A stretch of DNA of 64,000 nucleotides, taken from positions 340,504,001 through 340,568,000 of the forward strand of contig OZ024740.1 of NCBI GenBank assembly GCA_964016885.1, given 5' to 3'. Both the position numbers and the translations under genes were made by a program. Origin of the DNA: Eledone cirrhosa. Its lineage: Eukaryota. The notes beneath the pieces were generated by a model that did not search any database, had not been told where the DNA came from, and saw only the letters and a list, made by a program, of their open reading frames with translations. This document shows positions 12,601-27,600 of this stretch, in pieces. Position 1 is the stretch's first letter. Every line of letters starts with the position of its first letter.

Positions 12601-15600
12601 AATGTGGGTGTCAGACACTGCTAAGGGTGCACACTGTCTCAACTATACAATGTGGGTGTCAGACACTGCCAAGAGTGCACACTGTCTCAACTATACAATG
12701 TGGGTGTCAGACACTGCTAAGGGTGCACACTGTCTCAACTATACAATGTGGGTGTCAGACACTGCCAAGGGAGCACACTGTCTCAACTATACAATGTGGG
12801 TGTCAGACACTGCCAAGGGTGCACACTTTCTCAACTATACAATGTGGGTGTCAGACACTGCTAAGGGTGCACACTGTCTCAACTACACAATGTGGGTGTC
12901 AGACACTGCTAAGAGAGCACACTGTCTCAACTATACAATGTGGGTGTCAGACACTGCCAAGGGTGCACACTGTCTCAACTATACAATGTGGGTGTCAGAC
13001 ACTGCCAAGAGAGCACACTGTCTCAACTATACAATGTGGGTGTCAGACACTGCTAAGGGTGCACACTGTTTCAACTATACAATGTGGGTGTCAGACACTG
13101 CTAAGCGTGCACACTGTCTCAACTACACAATGTGGGTGTCAGACACTGCTAAGGGTGCACACTGTCTCAACTATACAATGTGGGTGTCAGACACTGCCAA
13201 GGGTGCACACTGTCTCAACTATACAATGTGGGTGTCAGACACTGCTAAGGGTGCACACTGTCTCAACTACACAATGTGGGTGTCAGACACTGCTAAGGGT
13301 GCACACTGTATCAACTATACAATGAGGGTGTCAGACACTGCCAAGAGAGCACACTGTCTCAACTATACAATGTGGGTGTCAGACACTGCCAAGGGTGCAC
13401 ACTGTCTCAACTATACAATGTGGGTGTCAGACACTGCCAAGGGTGCACACTGTCTCAACTATACAATGAGGGTGTCAGACACTGCCAAGAGTGCACACTG
13501 TCTCAGCTATACAATGTGGGTGTCAGACACTGCCAAGAGTGCACACTGTCTCAACTACACAATGTGGGTGTCAGACACTGCCAAGGGTGCACACTGTCTC
13601 AACTATACAATGTGGGTGTCAGACACTGCCAAGGATGCACACTGTCTCAACTATACAATGAGGGTGTCAGACACTGCTAAGGGTGCACACTGTCTCAACT
13701 ATACAATGTGGGTGTCAGACACTGCCAAGAGTGCACACTGTCTCAACTATACAATGTGGGTGTCAGACACTGCCAAGAGTGCACACTGTCTCAACTATAC
13801 AATGTGGGTGTCAGACACTGTTAAGGGTGCACACTGTCTCAACTACACGATGTGGGTGTCAGACACTGCCAAGGATGCACACTGTCTCAACTACACAATG
13901 TGGGTGTCAGACACTGCTAAGGGTGCACACTGTCTCAACTATACAATGTGGGTGTCAGACACTGCCAAGAGTGCACACTGTCTCAACTACACAATGTGGG
14001 TGTCAGACACTGCTAAGGGTGCACACTGTCTCAACTATACAATGTGGGTGTCAGACACTGCCAAGAGTGCACACTGTCTCAACTATACAATGTGGGTGTC
14101 AGACACTGCCAAGAGTGCACACTGTCTCAACTATACAATGTGGGTGTCAGACACTGCTAAGGGTGCACACTGTCTCAACTACACAATGTGGGTGTCAGAC
14201 ACTGCCAAGGATGCACACTGTGTCAACTACACAATGTGGGTGTCAGACACTGCTAAGGGTGCACACTGTGTCAACTACACAATGTGGGTGTCAGACACTG
14301 CTAAGGGTGCACACTGTCTCAACTATACAATGTGGGTGTCAGACACTGCCAAGAGTGCACACTGTCTCAACTATACAATGTGGGTGTCAGACACTGCTAA
14401 GGGTGCACACTGTCTCAACTATACAATGTGGGTGTCAGACACTGCCAAGGGAGCACACTGTCTCAACTATACAATGTGGGTGTCAGACACTGCCAAGGGT
14501 GCACACTGTCTCAACTATACAATGTGGGTGTCAGACACTGCTAAGGGTGCACACTGTCTCAACTATACAATGTGGGTGTCAGACACTGCTAAGGGTGCAC
14601 ACTGTCTCAACTATACAATGTGGGTGTCAGACACTGCCAAGGGTGCACACTGTCTCAACTACACAATGTGGGTGTCAGACACTGCCAAGGGTGCACACTG
14701 TCTCAACTATACAATGTGGGTGTCAGACACTGCTAAGGGTGCACACTGTCTCCACTATACAATGTGGGTGTCAGACACTGCTAAGGGTGTACACTGACTC
14801 AACTACACAATGTGGGTGTCAGACACTGCCAAGGGTGCACACTGTCTCAACTACACAATGTGGGTGTCAGACACTGCTAAGGGTGCACACTGTTTCAACT
14901 ATACAATGTGGGTGTCAGACACTGCCAAGGGAGCACACTGTCTCAACTATACAATGTGGGTGTCAGACACTGCCAAGAGTGCACACTGTCTCAACTACAC
15001 AATGTGGGTGTCAGACACTGCCAAGGGTGCACACTGTCTCAACTACACAATGTGGGTGTCAGACACTGCTAAGGGTGCACACTGTTTCAACTATACAATG
15101 TGGGTGTCAGACACTGCCAAGGGTGCACACTGTCTCAACTATACAATGTGGGTGTCAGACACTGCTAAGGGTGCACACTGTCTCAACTATACAATGTGGG
15201 TGTCAGACACTGCCAAGGGTGCACACTGTCTCAACTATACAATGTGGGTGTCAGACACTGCCAAGAGAGCACACTGTCTCAACTATACAATGTGGGTGTC
15301 AGACACTGCTAAGGGTGCACACTGTTTCAACTATACAATGTGGGTGTCAGACACTGCTAAGCGTGCACACTGTCTCAACTACACAATGTGGGTGTCAGAC
15401 ACTGCTAAGGGTGCACACTGTCTCAACTATACAATGTGGGTGTCAGACACTGCCAAGGGTGCACACTGTCTCAACTATACAATGTGGGTGTCAGACACTG
15501 CTAAGGGTGCACACTGTCTCAACTACACAATGTGGGTGTCAGACACTGCTAAGGGTGCACACTGTCTCAACTATACAATGAGGGTGTCAGACACTGCCAA

Positions 15601-18600
15601 GAGAGCACACTGTCTCAACTATACAATGTGGGTGTCAGACACTGCCAAGGGTGCACACTGTCTCAACTATACAATGTGGGTGTCAGACACTGCCAAGGGT
15701 GCACACTGTCTCAACTATACAATGAGGGTGTCAGACACTGCCAAGAGTGCACACTGTCTCAGCTATACAATGTGGGTGTCAGACACTGCCAAGAGTGCAC
15801 ACTGTCTCAACTACACAATGTGGGTGTCAGACACTGCCAAGGGTGCACACTGTCTCAACTATACAATGTGGGTGTCAGACACTGCCAAGGATGCACACTG
15901 TCTCAACTATACAATGAGGGTGTCAGACACTGCTAAGGGTGCACACTGTCTCAACTATACAATGTGGGTGTCAGACACTACCAAGAGTGCACACTGTCTC
16001 AACTACACAATGTGGGTGTCAGACACTGCCAAGGGAGTACACTGTCTCAACTACACAATGTGGGTGTCAGACACTGCCAAGTGTGCACACTGTCTCAACT
16101 ACACAATGTGGGTGTCAGACACTGCCAAGGGTGTACACTGTCTCAACTATACCATGTGGGTGTCAGACACTGCTAAGGGTGCACACTGTCTCAACTACAC
16201 AATGTGGGTGTCAGACACTGCCAAGGATGCACACTGTGTCAACTACACAATGTGGGTGTCAGACACTGCTAAGGGTGCACACTGTGTCAACTACACAATG
16301 TGGGTGTCAGACACTGCTAAGGGTGCACACTGTCTCAACTATACAATGTGGGTGTCAGACACTGCTAAGGGTGCACACTGTCTCAACTACACAATGTGGG
16401 TGTCAGACACTGCCAAGGATGCACACTGTGTCAACTACACAATGTGGGTGTCAGACACTGCTAAGGGTGCACACTGTGTCAACTACACAATGTGGGTGTC
16501 AGACACTGCTAAGGGTGCACACTGTCTCAACTATACAATGTGGGTGTCAGACACTGCCAAGAGTGCACACTGTCTCAACTATACAATGTGGGTGTCAGAC
16601 ACTGCTAAGGGTGCACACTGTCTCAACTATACAATGTGGGTGTCAGACACTGCCAAGGGAGCACACTGTCTCAACTATACAATGTGGGTGTCAGACACTG
16701 CCAAGGGTGCACACTGTCTCAACTATACAATGTGGGTGTCAGACACTGCTAAGGGTGCACACTGTCTCAACTATACAATGTGGGTGTCAGACACTGCTAA
16801 GGGTGCACACTGTCTCAACTATACAATGTGGGTGTCAGACACTGCCAAGGGTGCACACTGTCTCAACTACACAATGTGGGTGTCAGACACTGCCAAGGGT
16901 GCACACTGTCTCAACTATACAATGTGGGTGTCAGACACTGCTAAGGGTGCACACTGTCTCCACTATACAATGTGGGTGTCAGACACTGCTAAGGGTGTAC
17001 ACTGACTCAACTACACAATGTGGGTGTCAGACACTGCCAAGGGTGCACACTGTCTCAACTACACAATGTGGGTGTCAGACACTGCTAAGGGTGCACACTG
17101 TTTCAACTATACAATGTGGGTGTCAGACACTGCCAAGGGAGCACACTGTCTCAACTATACAATGTGGGTGTCAGACACTGCCAAGAGTGCACACTGTCTC
17201 AACTACACAATGTGGGTGTCAGACACTGCCAAGGGTGCACACTGTCTCAACTACACAATGTGGGTGTCAGACACTGCTAAGGGTGCACACTGTTTCAACT
17301 ATACAATGTGGGTGTCAGACACTGCCAAGGGTGCACACTGTCTCAACTATACAATGTGGGTGTCAGACACTGCTAAGGGTGCACACTGTCTCAACTATAC
17401 AATGTGGGTGTCAGACACTGCCAAGGGTGCACACTGTCTCAACTATACAATGTGGGTGTCAGACACTGCCAAGAGAGCACACTGTCTCAACTATACAATG
17501 TGGGTGTCAGACACTGCTAAGGGTGCACACTGTTTCAACTATACAATGTGGGTGTCAGACACTGCTAAGCGTGCACACTGTCTCAACTACACAATGTGGG
17601 TGTCAGACACTGCTAAGGGTGCACACTGTCTCAACTATACAATGTGGGTGTCAGACACTGCCAAGGGTGCACACTGTCTCAACTATACAATGTGGGTGTC
17701 AGACACTGCTAAGGGTGCACACTGTCTCAACTACACAATGTGGGTGTCAGACACTGCTAAGGGTGCACACTGTCTCAACTATACAATGAGGGTGTCAGAC
17801 ACTGCCAAGAGAGCACACTGTCTCAACTATACAATGTGGGTGTCAGACACTGCCAAGGGTGCACACTGTCTCAACTATACAATGTGGGTGTCAGACACTG
17901 CCAAGGGTGCACACTGTCTCAACTATACAATGAGGGTGTCAGACACTGCCAAGAGTGCACACTGTCTCAGCTATACAATGTGGGTGTCAGACACTGCCAA
18001 GAGTGCACACTGTCTCAACTACACAATGTGGGTGTCAGACACTGCCAAGGGTGCACACTGTCTCAACTATACAATGTGGGTGTCAGACACTGCCAAGGAT
18101 GCACACTGTCTCAACTATACAATGAGGGTGTCAGACACTGCTAAGGGTGCACACTGTCTCAACTATACAATGTGGGTGTCAGACACTACCAAGAGTGCAC
18201 ACTGTCTCAACTACACAATGTGGGTGTCAGACACTGCCAAGGGAGTACACTGTCTCAACTACACAATGTGGGTGTCAGACACTGCCAAGTGTGCACACTG
18301 TCTCAACTACACAATGTGGGTGTCAGACACTGCCAAGGGTGTACACTGTCTCAACTATACCATGTGGGTGTCAGACACTGCTAAGGGTGCACACTGTCTC
18401 AACTATACAATGTGGGTGTCAGACACTGCTAAGGGTGCACACAGTCTCAACTACACAATGTGGGTGTCAGACACTGCCAAGAGAGCACACTGTCTCAACT
18501 ACACAATGTGGGTGTCAGACACTGCTAAGGGTGCACACTGTCTCAACTACACAATGTGGGTGTCAGACACTGCCAAGAGTGCACACTGTCTCAACTATAC

Positions 18601-21600
18601 AATGTGGGTGTCAGACACTGCTAAGGGTGTACACTGACTCAACTACACAATGTGGGTGTCAGACACTGCCAAGAGTGCACACTGTCTCAACTACACAATG
18701 TGGGTGTCAGACACTGCCAAGAGAGCACACTGTCTCAACTACACAATGTGGGTGTCAGACACTGCTAAGGGTGCACACTGTCTCAACTACACAATGTGGG
18801 TGTCAGACACTGCCAAGAGTGCACACTGTCTCAACTATACAATGTGGGTGTCAGACACTGCTAAGGGTGCACACTGTCTCAACTACACAATGTGGGTGTC
18901 AGACACTGCCAAGAGTGCACACTGTCTCAACTATACAATGTGGGTGTCAGACACTGCCAAGGGTGCACACTGTCTCAACTACACAATGTGGGTGTCAGAC
19001 ACTGCCAAGAGTGCACACTGTCTCAACTATACAATGTGGGTGTCAGACACTGCTAAGGGTGCACACTGTCTCAACTACACAATGTGGGTGTCAGACACTG
19101 CCAAGAGTGCACACTGTCTCAACTATACAATGTGGGTGTCAGACACTGCCAAGGGTGCACACTGTCTCAACTACACAATGTGGGTGTCAGACACTGCCAA
19201 GAGTGCACACTGTCTCAACTATACAATGTGGGTGTCAGACACTGCTAAGGGTGCACACTGTCTCAACTACACAATGTGGGTGTCAGACACTGCCAAGAGT
19301 GCACACTGTCTCAACTATACAATGTGGGTGTCAGACACTGCTAAGGGTGCACACTGTCTCAACTACACAATGTGGGTGTCAGACACTGCCAAGGATGCAC
19401 ACTGTCTCAACTACACAATGTGGGTGTCAGACACTGCTAAGGGTGCACACTGTCTCAACTATACAATGTGGGTGTCAGACACTGCCAAGAGTGCACACTG
19501 TCTCAACTACACAATGTGGGTGTCAGACACTGCTAAGGGTGCACACTGTCTCAACTATACAATGTGGGTGTCAGACACTGCCAAGAGTGCACACTGTCTC
19601 AACTATACAATGTGGGTGTCAGACACTGCCAAGAGTGCACACTGTCTCAACTATACAATGTGGGTGTCAGACACTGCTAAGGGTGCACACTGTCTCAACT
19701 ACACAATGTGGGTGTCAGACACTGCCAAGGATGCACACTGTGTCAACTACACAATGTGGGTGTCAGACACTGCTAAGGGTGCACACTGTCTCAACTATAC
19801 AATGTGGGTGTCAGACACTGCCAAGAGTGCACACTGTCTCAACTATACAATGTGGGTGTCAGACACTGCTAAGGGTGCACACTGTCTCAACTATACAATG
19901 TGGGTGTCAGACACTGCCAAGGGAGCACACTGTCTCAACTATACAATGTGGGTGTCAGACACTGCCAAGGGTGCACACTGTCTCAACTACACAATGTGGG
20001 TGTCAGACACTGCCAAGGGTGCACACTGTCTCAACTATACAATGTGGGTGTCAGACACTGCTAAGGGTGCACACTGTCTCAACTATACAATGTGGGTGTC
20101 AGACACTGCTAAGGGTGCACACTGTCTCAACTACACAATGTGGGTGTCAGACACTGCTAAGGGTGCACACTGTCTCAACTATACAATGTGGGTGTCAGAC
20201 ACTGCCAAGGGTGCACACTGTCTCAACTATACAATGTGGGTGTCAGACACTGCTAAGGGTGCACACTGTCTCAACTACACAATGTGGGTGTCAGACACTG
20301 CTAAGGGTGCACACTGTCTCAACTATACAATGAGGGTGTCAGACACTGCCAAGAGAGCACACTGTCTCAACTATACAATGTGGGTGTCAGACACTGCCAA
20401 GGGTGCACACTGTCTCAACTATACAATGTGGGTGTCAGACACTGCCAAGGGTGCACACTGTCTCAACTATACAATGAGGGTGTCAGACACTGCCAAGAGT
20501 GCACACTGTCTCAACTATACAATGTGGGTGTCAGACACTGCCAAGGGTGCACACTGTCTCAACTACACAATGTGGGTGTCAGACACTGCTAAGGGTGCAC
20601 ACTGTCTCAACTATACAATGTGGGTGTCAGACACTGCTAAGGGTGCACACTGTCTCAACTATACAATGTGGGTGTCAGACACTGCCAAGAGTGCACACTG
20701 TCTCAGCTATACAATGTGGGTGTCAGACACTGCCAAGAGTGCACACTGTCTCAACTACACAATGTGGGTGTCAGACACTGCCAAGGGTGCACACTGTCTC
20801 AACTATACAATGTGGGTGTCAGACACTGCCAAGGATGCACACTGTCTCAACTATACAATGAGGGTGTCAGACACTGCTAAGGGTGCACACTGTCTCAACT
20901 ATACAATGTGGGTGTCAGACACTACCAAGAGTGCACACTGTCTCAACTATACAATGTGGGTGTCAGACACTGCCAAGGGTGCACACTGTCTCAACTACAC
21001 AATGTGGGTGTCAGACACTGCCAAGTGTGCACACTGTCTCAACTACACAATGTGGGTGTCAGACACTGCCAAGGGTGCACACTGTCTCAACTATACAATG
21101 TGGGTGTCAGACACTGCCAAGGGTGCACACTGTCTCAACTACACAATGTGGGTGTCAGACACTGCTAAGGGTGCACACTGTCTCAACTATACAATGTGGG
21201 TGTCAGACACTGCTAAGGGTGCACACAGTCTCAACTACACAATGTGGGTGTCAGACACTGCCAAGAGAGCACACTGTCTCAACTACACAATGTGGGTGTC
21301 AGACACTGCCAAGAGAGTACACTGTCTCAACTACACAATGTGGGTGTCAGACACTGCTAAGGGTGCACACTGTCTCAACTATACAATGTGGGTGTCAGAC
21401 ACTGCCAAGAGAGCACACTGTCTCAACTATACAATGTGGGTGTCAGACACTGCCAAGAGAGCACACTGTCTCAACTATACAATGTGGGTGTTAGACACTG
21501 CCAAGAGAGCACACTGTCTCAACTACACAATGTGGGTGTCAGACACTGCCAAGGGTGCACACTGTCTCAACTATACAATGTGGGTGTCAGACACTGCCAA

Positions 21601-24600
21601 GAGAGCACACTGTCTCAACTATACAATGTGGGTGTCAGACACTGCCAAGGATGCACACTGTCTCAACTATACAATGAGGGTGTCAGACACTGCCAAGGGA
21701 ACACACTGTCTCAACTATACAATGTGGGTGTCAGACACTGCCAAGGATGCACACTGTCTCAACTACACAATGTGGGTGTCAGACACTGCCAAGGATGCAC
21801 ACTGTCTCAACTACACAATGTGGGTGTCAGGCACTGCTAAGGGTGCACACTGTCTCAACTATACAATGAGGGTGTCAGACACTGCCAAGGGAGCACACTG
21901 TCTCAACTATACAATGAGGGTGTCAGACACTGCTAAGGGTGCACACTGTCTCAACTATACAATGAGGGTGTCAGACACTGCCAAGGGAGCACACTGTCTC
22001 AACTATACAATGAGGGTGTCAGACACTGCTAAGGGTGCACACTGTCTCAACTATACAATGTGGGTGTCAGACACTGCCAAGGATGCACACTGTCTCAACT
22101 ACACAATGTGGGTGTCAGACACTGCCAAGGGTGCACACTGTCTCAACTATACAATGAGGGTGTCAGACACTGCCAAGGGAGCACACTGTCTCAACTATAC
22201 AATGAGGGTGTCAGACACTGCCAAGGGTGCACACTGTCTCAACTATACAATGTGGGTGTCAGACACTGCCAAGGGTGCACACTGTCTCAACTATACAATG
22301 TGGGTGTCAGACACTGCCAAGGGTGCACACTGTCTCAACTATACAATGTGGGTGTCAGACACTGCCAAGGGTGCACACTATCTCAACTATACAATGAGGG
22401 TGTCAGACACTGCCAAGGGTGCACACTGTCTCAACTATACAATGAGGGTGTCAGACACAGCCAAGGGTGCACACTGTCTCAACTATACAATGTGGGTGTC
22501 AGACACTGCTAAGGGTGCACACTGTCTCAACTATACAATGTGGGTGTCAGACACTGCCAAGGGTGCACAATGTCTCAACTATACAATGTGGGTGTCAGAC
22601 ACTGCTAAGGGTGCACACTGTCTCAACTACACAATGTGGGTATCAGACACTGCTAAGGGTGCACACTGTCTCAACTATACAATGAGGGTGTCAGACACTG
22701 CTAAGGGTGCACACTGTCTCAACTATACAATCAGGGTGTCAGACACTGCTAAGGGTGCACACTGTCTCATCTATACAATGAGGGTGTCAGACACTGCTAA
22801 GGGTGCACACTGTCTCAACTACACAATGTGGGTGTCAGACACTGCTAAGGGTGCACACTGTCTCAACTATACTATGTGGGTGTCAGACACTGCCAAGGGT
22901 ACACACTGTCTCAACTATACAATGTGGGTGTCAGACACTGCCAAGAGAGCACACTGTCTCAACTATACAATGTGGGTGTCAGACACTGCCAAGAGTGCAC
23001 ACTGTCTCAACTACACAATGTGGGTGTCAGACACTGCCAAGGGTGCACACTGTCTCAACTATACAATGTGGGTGTCAGACACTGCTAAGGGTGCACACTG
23101 TCTCAACTATACAATGAGGGTGTCAGACACTGCTAAGGGTGCACACTGTCTCAACTATACAAAGTGGGTGTCAGACACTGCCAAGTGTGCACACTGTCTC
23201 AACTACACAATGTGGGTGTCAGACACTGCCAAGTGTGCACACTGTCTCAACTACACAATGTGGGTGTCAGACACTGCCAAGGGTGCACACTGTCTCAACT
23301 ATACAATGTGGGTGTCAGACACTACCAAGAGTGCACACTGTCTCAACTACACAATGTGGGTATCAGACACTGCCAAGGGAGCACACTGTCTCAACTATAC
23401 AATGTGGGTGTCAGACACTGCCAAGGGTGCACACTTTCTCAACTATACAATGTGGGTGTCAGACACTGCTAAGGGTGCACACTGTCTCAACTACACAATG
23501 TGGGTGTCAGACACTGCTAAGAGAGCACACTGTCTCAACTATACAATGTGGGTGTCAGACACTGCCAAGGGTGCACACTGTCTCAACTATACAATGTGGG
23601 TGTCAGACACTGCCAAGAGAGCACACTGTCTCAACTATACAATGTGGGTGTCAGACACTGCTAAGGGTGCACACTGTTTCAACTATACAATGTGGGTGTC
23701 AGACACTGCTAAGCGTGCACACTGTCTCAACTACACAATGTGGGTGTCAGACACTGCTAAGGGTGCACACTGTCTCAACTATACAATGTGGGTGTCAGAC
23801 ACTGCCAAGGGTGCACACTGTCTCAACTATACAATGTGGGTGTCAGACACTGCTAAGGGTGCACACTGTCTCAACTACACAATGTGGGTGTCAGACACTG
23901 CTAAGGGTGCACACGGTATCAACTATACAATGAGGGTGTCAGACACTGCCAAGAGAGCACACTGTCTCAACTATACAATGTGGGTGTCAGACACTGCCAA
24001 GGGTGCACACTGTCTCAACTATACAATGTGGGTGTCAGACACTGCCAAGGGTGCACACTGTCTCAACTATACAATGAGGGTGTCAGACACTGCCAAGAGT
24101 GCACACTGTCTCAGCTATACAATGTGGGTGTCAGACACTGCCAAGAGTGCACACTGTCTCAACTACACAATGTGGGTGTCAGACACTGCCAAGGGTGCAC
24201 ACTGTCTCAACTATACAATGTGGGTGTCAGACACTGCCAAGGATGCACACTGTCTCAACTATACAATGAGGGTGTCAGACACTGCTAAGGGTGCACACTG
24301 TCTCAACTATACAATGTGGGTGTCAGACACTGCCAAGAGTGCACACTGTCTCAACTATACAATGTGGGTGTCAGACACTGCCAAGAGTGCACACTGTCTC
24401 AACTATACAATGTGGGTGTCAGACACTGTTAAGGGTGCACACTGTCTCAACTACACGATGTGGGTGTCAGACACTGCCAAGGATGCACACTGTCTCAACT
24501 ACACAATGTGGGTGTCAGACACTGCTAAGGGTGCACACTGTCTCAACTATACAATGTGGGTGTCAGACACTGCCAAGAGTGCACACTGTCTCAACTACAC

Positions 24601-27600
24601 AATGTGGGTGTCAGACACTGCTAAGGGTGCACACTGTCTCAACTATACAATGTGGGTGTCAGACACTGCCAAGAGTGCACACTGTCTCAACTATACAATG
24701 TGGGTGTCAGACACTGCCAAGAGTGCACACTGTCTCAACTATACAATGTGGGTGTCAGACACTGCTAAGGGTGCACACTGTCTCAACTACACAATGTGGG
24801 TGTCAGACACTGCCAAGGATGCACACTGTGTCAACTACACAATGTGGGTGTCAGACACTGCTAAGGGTGCACACTGTGTCAACTACACAATGTGGGTGTC
24901 AGACACTGCTAAGGGTGCACACTGTCTCAACTATACAATGTGGGTGTCAGACACTGCCAAGAGTGCACACTGTCTCAACTATACAATGTGGGTGTCAGAC
25001 ACTGCTAAGGGTGCACACTGTCTCAACTATACAATGTGGGTGTCAGACACTGCCAAGGGAGCACACTGTCTCAACTATACAATGTGGGTGTCAGACACTG
25101 CCAAGGGTGCACACTGTCTCAACTATACAATGTGGGTGTCAGACACTGCTAAGGGTGCACACTGTCTCAACTATACAATGTGGGTGTCAGACACTGCTAA
25201 GGGTGCACACTGTCTCAACTATACAATGTGGGTGTCAGACACTGCCAAGGGTGCACACTGTCTCAACTACACAATGTGGGTGTCAGACACTGCCAAGGGT
25301 GCACACTGTCTCAACTATACAATGTGGGTGTCAGACACTGCTAAGGGTGCACACTGTCTCCACTATACAATGTGGGTGTCAGACACTGCTAAGGGTGTAC
25401 ACTGACTCAACTACACAATGTGGGTGTCAGACACTGCCAAGGGTGCACACTGTCTCAACTACACAATGTGGGTGTCAGACACTGCTAAGGGTGCACACTG
25501 TTTCAACTATACAATGTGGGTGTCAGACACTGCCAAGGGAGCACACTGTCTCAACTATACAATGTGGGTGTCAGACACTGCCAAGAGTGCACACTGTCTC
25601 AACTACACAATGTGGGTGTCAGACACTGCCAAGGGTGCACACTGTCTCAACTACACAATGTGGGTGTCAGACACTGCTAAGGGTGCACACTGTTTCAACT
25701 ATACAATGTGGGTGTCAGACACTGCCAAGGGTGCACACTGTCTCAACTATACAATGTGGGTGTCAGACACTGCTAAGGGTGCACACTGTCTCAACTATAC
25801 AATGTGGGTGTCAGACACTGCCAAGGGTGCACACTGTCTCAACTATACAATGTGGGTGTCAGACACTGCCAAGAGAGCACACTGTCTCAACTATACAATG
25901 TGGGTGTCAGACACTGCCAAGGGTGCACACTGTTTCAACTATACAATGTGGGTGTCAGACACTGCTAAGCGTGCACACTGTCTCAACTACACAATGTGGG
26001 TGTCAGACACTGCTAAGGGTGCACACTGTCTCAACTATACAATGTGGGTGTCAGACACTGCCAAGGGTGCACACTGTCTCAACTATACAATGTGGGTGTC
26101 AGACACTGCTAAGGGTGCACACTGTCTCAACTACACAATGTGGGTGTCAGACACTGCTAAGGGTGCACACTGTCTCAACTATACAATGAGGGTGTCAGAC
26201 ACTGCCAAGAGAGCACACTGTCTCAACTATACAATGTGGGTGTCAGACACTGCCAAGGGTGCACACTGTCTCAACTATACAATGTGGGTGTCAGACACTG
26301 CCAAGGGTGCACACTGTCTCAACTATACAATGAGGGTGTCAGACACTGCCAAGAGTGCACACTGTCTCAGCTATACAATGTGGGTGTCAGACACTGCCAA
26401 GAGTGCACACTGTCTCAACTACACAATGTGGGTGTCAGACACTGCCAAAGGTGCACACTGTCTCAACTATACAATGTGGGTGTCAGACACTGCCAAGGAT
26501 GCACACTGTCTCAACTATACAATGAGGGTGTCAGACACTGCTAAGGGTGCACACTGTCTCAACTATACAATGTGGGTGTCAGACACTACCAAGAGTGCAC
26601 ACTGTCTCAACTACACAATGTGGGTGTCAGACACTGCCAAGGGAGTACACTGTCTCAACTACACAATGTGGGTGTCAGACACTGCCAAGTGTGCACACTG
26701 TCTCAACTACACAATGTGGGTGTCAGACACTGCCAAGGGTGTACACTGTCTCAACTATACAATGTGGGTGTCAGACACTGCTAAGGGTGCACACTGTCTC
26801 AACTATACAATGTGGGTGTCAGACACTGCTAAGGGTGCACACAGTCTCAACTACACAATGTGGGTGTCAGACACTGCCAAGAGAGCACACTGTCTCAACT
26901 ACACAATGTGGGTGTCAGACACTGCTAAGGGTGCACACTGTCTCAACTACACAATGTGGGTGTCAGACACTGCCAAGAGTGCACACTGTCTCAACTATAC
27001 AATGTGGGTGTCAGACACTGCTAAGGGTGTACACTGACTCAACTACACAATGTGGGTGTCAGACACTGCCAAGAGTGCACACTGTCTCAACTACACAATG
27101 TGGGTGTCAGACACTGCCAAGAGAGCACACTGTCTCAACTACACAATGTGGGTGTCAGACACTGCTAAGGGTGCACACTGTCTCAACTACACAATGTGGG
27201 TGTCAGACACTGCCAAGAGTGCACACTGTCTCAACTATACAATGTGGGTGTCAGACACTGCTAAGGGTGCACACTGTCTCAACTACACAATGTGGGTGTC
27301 AGACACTGCCAAGAGTGCACACTGTCTCAACTATACAATGTGGGTGTCAGACACTGCCAAGGGTGCACACTGTCTCAACTACACAATGTGGGTGTCAGAC
27401 ACTGCCAAGAGTGCACACTGTCTCAACTATACAATGTGGGTGTCAGACACTGCTAAGGGTGCACACTGTCTCAACTACACAATGTGGGTGTCAGACACTG
27501 CCAAGAGTGCACACTGTCTCAACTATACAATGTGGGTGTCAGACACTGCCAAGGGTGCACACTGTCTCAACTACACAATGTGGGTGTCAGACACTGCCAA